From assembly GCA_020184695.1 (NCBI GenBank), contig JAANOX010000126.1, positions 434,001 through 498,000 on the forward strand: a DNA stretch of 64,000 nt, given 5' to 3'. This document shows positions 57,618 through 64,000 of this stretch, piece by piece (within the stretch, counting starts at the first letter, position 1; every line of letters starts with the position of its first letter). Position numbers and translations under genes: made by a program. The DNA is from Histomonas meleagridis 2922-C6/04-290x (Eukaryota > Protista > Parabasalia). Below the pieces are notes generated by a model. That model saw nothing but the letters and a program-made list of their open reading frames with translations, had not been told where the DNA came from and made no database searches.

Positions 57618-57934
57618 AAAAATTTCAATGATAGAGTCACCGATTATGATCATCTCATTGAGGTAAAAAATAAAATATAAATAAACTCAGATAGCCAAAC
57701 CATGCAATGTAAGTTGGTATTTCTATTTAACTTTAAGTATTTTGATTATTTATCCAAGTAATAGTGATGTTGAACATTATGTTATTAACGTTCGTTTGTT
57801 TTGAACGGTTAGTTAACGTACAACTTGACAAAAAATGCCACTTATTCATTGATATTGTTGCCAACAGTGAAATTTCACTCAAAAAGTTTATGTTTGAGAT
57901 TCATCGTTCTCAGGTAGAATTAACATTATTTTTC

Positions 57935-58993
57935 ATGTTGGATCCAAAGAGTTCAGCAACAATTGTTCAAATTGAAGAACTTGAACCACCTACCGAAGGA
58001 CTTCCTAAGTCAACAAAAGATGAAATAATCAAGATGTTAACAAAAAAGAATCGTTTTTATTGTACGTCCATTGACCAAGATTATGTAAATTATGGAAATA
58101 ATTCTGTTTTTCAAGGATTTATATCAGCCTACAAACGTCACTATCCGTTTACTCTTAGTCCTGACATCGTTTGGCTTTTAATTTTACAAGGATTTTCACG
58201 ACACATTAACAATAATTCAGAAAAATTCAGGAGCAGTTTTGTTGACTTTCAAGGCAAAAAGGAACTTTGTGTAGATCGTACTGATCTCACACCAAGTACA
58301 GCCACAGTTGAAGATTGGATGAGTATCTTTTCTGAAATCAACGAAAAAATTTCTGATAATATACCACGAGATCTCATTGAAGGGATCACACCAAACTTTA
58401 CGACCACTACACCAGTTTCACTCAGCACATGTCAATTAACGATAATGGCCACTTTCAAAAATTATTTTGATTATTCATGCATGATGTGTTCTTGTGGAAT
58501 TCCTTATGTAACTATTGAAGGCACGATTGGAGACTGGGAAAACCTTGAAGAGAAACTAAATTTCATTGAAAAATATGAAATGGAGTGGTGGACATCCAAA
58601 CTTAAACCAGTGATAACAGAAATCATCAACACGAAGAAAGGGAAAGTCAACAAAGAATTCTGGAAAAATATGGTTCGCGTGAAGAACGGGCATGGTATTT
58701 ATGATCCAGGATATTACGATGGCTGGTTCACAGTGTTTTTCCCATACGACAAAGATAATGAAAAGTTGAGTTTGGATAAGATATCGACTAGAGCAGAAAT
58801 TGCAGAAGAAATTGTCGATATCCCATTCAAAATCAAGTTCCCCGACGGCGATAGTATGCCGATGAAAATATCCGCTGGCTTCGTCGGCCTTTCGCAAGAC
58901 CCAAACACATTCCAACTGAAGCCTGAAATGGGATGGCTCATGACTCATGACGCAAAGGGGAAACGTTCGTTTGATAATGACTTTCGCTTATAG
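57935..58993 (+). CDS. DUF4419-like protein
   Basis: AYKRHYPFTLSPDIVWLLILQGFSRHIN, CGIPYVTIEGT, DGWFTVFFPY motifs. Confidence 0.8.
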   Translation: MLDPKSSATIVQIEELEPPTEGLPKSTKDEIIKMLTKKNRFYCTSIDQDYVNYGNNSVFQGFISAYKRHYPFTLSPDIVWLLILQGFSRHINNNSEKFRSSFVDFQGKKELCVDRTDLTPSTATVEDWMSIFSEINEKISDNIPRDLIEGITPNFTTTTPVSLSTCQLTIMATFKNYFDYSCMMCSCGIPYVTIEGTIGDWENLEEKLNFIEKYEMEWWTSKLKPVITEIINTKKGKVNKEFWKNMVRVKNGHGIYDPGYYDGWFTVFFPYDKDNEKLSLDKISTRAEIAEEIVDIPFKIKFPDGDSMPMKISAGFVGLSQDPNTFQLKPEMGWLMTHDAKGKRSFDNDFRL

Positions 58994-59414
58994 AAATGGA
59001 CAAAAATTTATTGCCTAAATCGCATATTTTGTACACTCACTTTTTATCGAACTATTTTTCAAAATCAATTTTTTCGAAAGACACTGTTCTGATCTCAGAA
59101 ATTGATACTGCAATTTGATAAAACTTTTTGAATAAATGAAATTGTTTGCATTTTATTAAAGTCAGAGAAATATTTCCTTCTGTTCATTTATCAGAAGGTG
59201 TCATCTCAAACTTGTTTCATTTGTGTATTTAAATTCATTTAAATCTTTGAAATATCTTTTGCATTAATGTCAACTCATTTCTGAAACTTGTTTTATTGTG
59301 ATATTATTTCATATTTTTTAATTAAAAATGTGATATCTCTTTTAGATAAAGTCGTTTTACTTTATTATATTTAAGAATAAAAATAAAAATAATTTATTAT
59401 GAAATTACTTTTAT

Positions 59415-60179
59415 TTAAATATAGTGAATTTTGCGAGGATTAAAGATAACGCTGACCCCGTCTTCGCGTACAAAATATGGTTCACACTCAACTGGAAATG
59501 GCGGATCGTATTTCTCTGATTCGTATTCTTCACCTTTAACAATTTTGTTGACAATATTTTCAACTTTATCAACATAATCAAGACCAACTGGTGAAAGTAA
59601 ATGTCCAACGTAAATTCGCGTGATTTCTTCCCGGAGTTGATGAATAAATTTTGTAACTGATAAAATGGATTCAAGTGGAAGTGTCGTAATGTGCATCCAG
59701 ACTTCACCACTCCCAATGGCATCGCCCGTGAAAAGATAATGTTCTTTGCTGTCAAAGAGCCCAATGGAGCCTGGCGTGTGCCCTTGGAATTCATAAACTT
59801 CAACAAAACGTTCGCCTATTTCAAATTTATAACCTTGTCGAACATTATGAATTTGTCCTTTATAATTAGGTATCAAAAATTTATCGGATTCATTCATATA
59901 AATTTCATCAAAATCGTAAATATTTCCTGCATGATCAACATGTCCATGTGTAAGACAAAGAATTAATGGCTTGTTCGTAAGTTTTGTAATAAATTCTTTG
60001 AAACCATCAGATGGAAAACCTGTATCAATAACTAAAGCTTTTTCTTTCCCTTCAATTAAATATATAGAAACTGATTTTCCTTCAAATTTCTTCGGCGTAT
60101 TTTCAATGACATAAAATCCTTCACTTTCTTGATAAGCTTTAAATTCTTCAACTTCAAAAATTGGTTTTTTCCTTTCCAT
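59415..60179 (-). CDS. Metallo-beta-lactamase-fold hydrolase
   Basis: LVIDTG, THGHVDHAG, GHTPGS, FTGDA motifs. Confidence 0.92.
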   Translation of the reverse strand: MERKKPIFEVEEFKAYQESEGFYVIENTPKKFEGKSVSIYLIEGKEKALVIDTGFPSDGFKEFITKLTNKPLILCLTHGHVDHAGNIYDFDEIYMNESDKFLIPNYKGQIHNVRQGYKFEIGERFVEVYEFQGHTPGSIGLFDSKEHYLFTGDAIGSGEVWMHITTLPLESILSVTKFIHQLREEITRIYVGHLLSPVGLDYVDKVENIVNKIVKGEEYESEKYDPPFPVECEPYFVREDGVSVIFNPRKIHYI

Positions 60180-60254
60180 TTAAAATGACACTTTTAATAT
60201 AATTTGAATTTGATTATCAAATAACGGTTATTGATTTAAACGTATTTTAACAAA

Positions 60255-60941
60255 ATGAATCAAATGAATAAAAATAAACAAAATAATGAAATTGATATTA
60301 CAAAATTTCTTCAAAGACCTATTGATAATTCTCAACGGCCATTAAGAATTCCTATTACAGAATATGAATTTGAAACATTACATGCAGGTGAACCACCAAG
60401 AACACTTTCAACATCATCATCATTTGAAGAAGAAGAAATTGATGAAATTGATGAAAATGAAGAACATTCAAAAGATATTATTATAAATAATAATAACAAA
60501 TATATTCATGATAGTCATGAAGAAATTAATTATATGGATATTGATCCACATGTATTAGGAGCAACATTAAGTGGTGAAATTGGATTTTTATCACGAGAAC
60601 ATTTTAAAACACATTATATACGAGAAAAGGCACGATTTGAAAGTAAAATGTCAGGAAGGAAATATCGATATTTTGAAGATATTCCGAGTGATTTAACATA
60701 TGAAAATGAAAATATTAACAGTGATATTGATAAAGAAAAAGGAAATATTATCAAAGAAAAACAGAGATATAAAACAGGTAATATTGGAGGAAGAACAAAA
60801 ATCCAAGAAAAAATAACGCCAAGCAAACATGTTAAACAAAATAAAGGAGATATAATCAAGAAATATCCTAAATATCGACCAAAATATACGAGTTCAATTC
60901 CATCATTTTTATATCGCAAAAGGAATTTTAAATACGAATAA
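60255..60941 (+). CDS. Hypothetical protein (228 aa)
   Basis: ATG ORF, duplicated at 43608-44300. Confidence 0.7.
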   Translation: MNQMNKNKQNNEIDITKFLQRPIDNSQRPLRIPITEYEFETLHAGEPPRTLSTSSSFEEEEIDEIDENEEHSKDIIINNNNKYIHDSHEEINYMDIDPHVLGATLSGEIGFLSREHFKTHYIREKARFESKMSGRKYRYFEDIPSDLTYENENINSDIDKEKGNIIKEKQRYKTGNIGGRTKIQEKITPSKHVKQNKGDIIKKYPKYRPKYTSSIPSFLYRKRNFKYE

Positions 60942-61525
60942 ATTTCAATATTCCAAAAATTATACTGTCACATCATGAAAGATTTATATGTTATATTTTT
61001 ATCATATGATTAGAAACGTCTTTTTTTAATCTCAAACTAAAAAATTATGAGTTTTGGAGATAAATGTTTTTTTTTAGATTAAATAATTACCAAATACTGA
61101 AACAAACAAATAATGTTCACTAGAAATGTGTCCATTCATGATTTTAAAATTTTATTTTATCGTTTTTTCAAAAATCTTTCTCCAAGTAAATTTAACACAC
61201 ATTTAGTAAAGCATTCATGTTTCATTTAATTGCATTATATTTTTTTTTTATCGTTGTTTTCATCCATCACTCCAAAATTTTATCAAAAAATGTTTACATA
61301 AAATGTTTATAGAAGCATTTTTATATATTATTAAAATAATAACAACGGAATTACCAAGAACCTAATGTTATATTATATTTGCAATGTATTACTTTAAGAT
61401 GTTTGTTGAATTTTACTTTTATATAAAGAGTTGGTATTTTTAGCGGCCAAATATACAGTCAAATACGATCAAAACACAGAGAAAAACGTGAATTGAAAAT
61501 TGACATAATTTTCACTTCACATTTA

Positions 61526-61750
61526 ATGAAGGTTTTTGTTGAGTACCAAGGTGTTAGGAAGGAAATCTTATGTGATGAAAGCTGCGACTGCATTCACGCA
61601 AAAGAACTTGCTTGCTGTGAATTTAATTTGTCACCAGCATTTACACGTATTTATTTCAATGGAAAGATCCTTCTTGGTGAAGAAATCATTACAAGCTTTG
61701 GAATTGAAGAAGGATCAGTCATTGAAGTTCAAACTGCTTCTCTTCACTAA
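61526..61750 (+). CDS. Small ubiquitin-like protein
   Basis: MKVFVEY...RIYFNGKIL...SFGIEEGSVIEV; no C-terminal GG. Confidence 0.65.
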   Translation: MKVFVEYQGVRKEILCDESCDCIHAKELACCEFNLSPAFTRIYFNGKILLGEEIITSFGIEEGSVIEVQTASLH

Positions 61751-62003
61751 ACCATGAAAAGTCATTTTTAATAATTTCTTTTTCACAAAATGATTTTAAA
61801 TAAATGAATCATTGCAAAAGAGTTTTATATCAAAAGAAACATAACGAGTTGTGTGATATTGAAATGTAAATTAATTAAATCTTGAATCAAATATCAGACG
61901 AATTATCGAATGATAGACATAAAAACAATAAAGAATGACACAATTCATATACAAAACAATGCAGAAACAATAAATTTAAATACACCTTTTTAAAAAAATT
62001 AAT

Positions 62004-63203
62004 CTATTTGTTCCCTGGCGGCTGAAGTGGAAATGGATTATTCATAATTGTTATTCCTCTGATGTCAATATTGTGTACAGGTCTTCCATCAGGGAAAACT
62101 TTTCCATTGCAAATTGATGAAACAATTCCACCACCGTTGACAACACCTCCAATTATATGGTATTCATCTATTTGAAGAGGTACGCAAGAAATTGCGAATT
62201 GTGATGATTTTGTTATATGAATCTGTTGGTTTTCCTTATTTATGATATAAACAGGATATTGGAATCCACGTCTTGCGTCATCTCTCTCGTATGCGATTGG
62301 TGATCTCCAAACAGTTTCATCAATATCCGTATTGATAGAAACTTCAAAAAATTGTTCTCTTCTAACCCTTGTCACTTTTACATTCGTAAATAAACCTTTC
62401 AAAACACAACCGATGAAATTGATGCACCCCAAACCGGCGAAATCCACATCAAGCTCGATGGTGATCTCCCCAATCGTCGTATCCATTACAGCATATGGAC
62501 GAGTTTTAATATGCATTTGCTTAAATATTGTGGCTTCATGAAGTGATTTTTGATTTGGTTGAGCAAGAAACCATGTAGATGTATCATCCTCTTTAAATAC
62601 ATCTTCTTGTTTAAGGTTAAGAGCATTAACAAAATTATTTGCATTACGTACAATATCTGATTCATGTCGAGTTACTTGTGTTGATATTAATGGATTTGGT
62701 GGAAGATTTCGAGAACGATTTGGATCATGAATAACAGTGATGCAACTTTGGTCGAATTCTTCTCCTGTTAGCAAATCAACCATCATATATGGTTTAATGT
62801 TAAAATCTATGATTGTTTGATAGTCATATACGTTCGACGTTTTTCGATTAACAACAATAGTTCTTTTTGGCGTTAAAATGTTTTCAGTAATTGGATCAAT
62901 TTTTTGTCCTTCTGCATTTAATGTAAATTTAATTGGAACTAACTCTTCAACAGAAAAAGGAGCATCTTCTACAAAAGGATGATTTTGGTGTTCTGAGCAC
63001 CAAACTGCTGCAGACTCTTTTGAAAAAGAGTAACCATGTTTGCATATATAAGGGTTTCTTAAAGGCAAATATGTCAAACAATCAATATCAAAATCAAAAG
63101 ATGTTGGATCATAGACTTTTGCACCTTTATCACTTTCTTGCCCAGCTGTAATGTCAACGTGGGAATAACGCACGCCATCAACCTTCCTTTTTCTTTTTCC
63201 CAT
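62004..63203 (-). CDS. PPIL2/Cyp60-like U-box plus cyclophilin-fold protein
   Basis: CLTYLPLRNPY, DPIT, DLLTGEEF, and degenerate cyclophilin (MDTTIGEITIELD). Confidence 0.75.
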   Translation of the reverse strand: MGKRKRKVDGVRYSHVDITAGQESDKGAKVYDPTSFDFDIDCLTYLPLRNPYICKHGYSFSKESAAVWCSEHQNHPFVEDAPFSVEELVPIKFTLNAEGQKIDPITENILTPKRTIVVNRKTSNVYDYQTIIDFNIKPYMMVDLLTGEEFDQSCITVIHDPNRSRNLPPNPLISTQVTRHESDIVRNANNFVNALNLKQEDVFKEDDTSTWFLAQPNQKSLHEATIFKQMHIKTRPYAVMDTTIGEITIELDVDFAGLGCINFIGCVLKGLFTNVKVTRVRREQFFEVSINTDIDETVWRSPIAYERDDARRGFQYPVYIINKENQQIHITKSSQFAISCVPLQIDEYHIIGGVVNGGGIVSSICNGKVFPDGRPVHNIDIRGITIMNNPFPLQPPGNK

Positions 63204-63313
63204 TTTGGGGATTAAGGTTAAAGTATGACATTTGATATGAAAATATGTTTGATATTTCAGATCACATTTCGGTAAAATATTCTGGCATTTTTATCAAAAA
63301 CTGGCTGTTGTTC

Positions 63314-64000
63314 ATGAATCCTCGAAATGGCCATAAAATTCTTGGTATTGATCTTGGGACAACATTCAGCTCAGTTGGTTTATTTGAAGGTGGACAAGTT
63401 AGTGTTTTAACTAATAATTATGATAAAACATCAACACCATCTATTGTGGCCTTTAAAGGGAACGAAAAAATTGTTGGAGAAAGCGCGCGTTTACAATCAT
63501 TTCAAATGTTGTCCAATTGCGTGTATGATTCTAAACGTTTGATAGGACGAACATTTGAGAATAACACAATTCCCTCAAATTTGGGTCCATGGCCATTTAA
63601 AGTTATCTGTGAAGATGGTAAACCAATGTACGAAGTTCAATACAAAAATAAAACCAAACATTATTCACCAGAGAAAATATCTTCTTTTATACTCAAAGAA
63701 TTAAAGCAAATTGCCGAAGAATATTGCTCCACCACTATACTCGATGCCGTCATTACTGTACCAGCTGATTTTGACAGTAATCAGCGCGAAGCTACTCGTC
63801 AAGCTGGAAAACTTGCAGGGTTAAATGTTGTTCGTGTTGTCGAAGAACCAGTAGCCGCAGCCATTGCATATGGTTTAAACAAATATGAAGAACATGTCAA
63901 AATTCTCATATTTGATTTTGGTGGTGGTACACTTGATGTATCTCTTCTTGATGTATGTGGCAACAACTTCAAAGTTATTGCCACCGAAGGTAATTCTAAA
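63314..64000 (+). CDS. Hsp70-family protein, 3' partial
   Basis: GIDLGTTFS, AVITVPADF, EPVAAAIAYG, DFGGGTLDVS motifs. Confidence 0.95.
   Translation, partial: MNPRNGHKILGIDLGTTFSSVGLFEGGQVSVLTNNYDKTSTPSIVAFKGNEKIVGESARLQSFQMLSNCVYDSKRLIGRTFENNTIPSNLGPWPFKVICEDGKPMYEVQYKNKTKHYSPEKISSFILKELKQIAEEYCSTTILDAVITVPADFDSNQREATRQAGKLAGLNVVRVVEEPVAAAIAYGLNKYEEHVKILIFDFGGGTLDVSLLDVCGNNFKVIATEGNSK

Larger units (their letters stand above)
57929..61117. repeat. Copy 2 (intact genes) of the 3.2-kb inverted duplication
   Basis: Reverse complement of 43434-46626. Confidence 0.95.

Overview
AT-rich eukaryotic genomic DNA from a parabasalid protist, most likely a Tritrichomonas-like trichomonad. This is inferred from BspA-like LRR surface proteins, DUF3447-type ankyrin genes, a short spliceosomal intron with the trichomonad GTATGT...ACTAAC-N4-AG signature, and very compact head-to-head genes. 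The window holds about 35 recognisable genes (TatD, Chibby-like, RPGRIP1-like, cofilin, POC1, V-ATPase e, CAMK kinase, P-type Ca-ATPase, AAA ATPase, NUFIP1, DRC3, PPIL2, Hsp70 and others). It also holds one tRNA-Glu, a dead pogo-like DNA transposon, a 3.2-kb inverted duplication and a decayed bacterial-looking surface-protein gene. The standout signal is in the ankyrin genes. Ankyrin repeats are interrupted at the same position (between K-D/N/E/S and T-A/P/S/L-L) by an AT-rich element that is usually exactly 80 nt, breaks the frame and has no usable GT-AG. In most copies TGG sits exactly 24 nt before the Thr codon regardless of element length. Keeping the first two codons, that internal GGN and the last codon rebuilds the canonical ankyrin hairpin (D-x-x-G-x-T-A-L) and a complete protein. 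This points to an unrecognised non-canonical RNA-processing or recoding system, which is inference and needs transcript data. All counts and alignments were done by hand.
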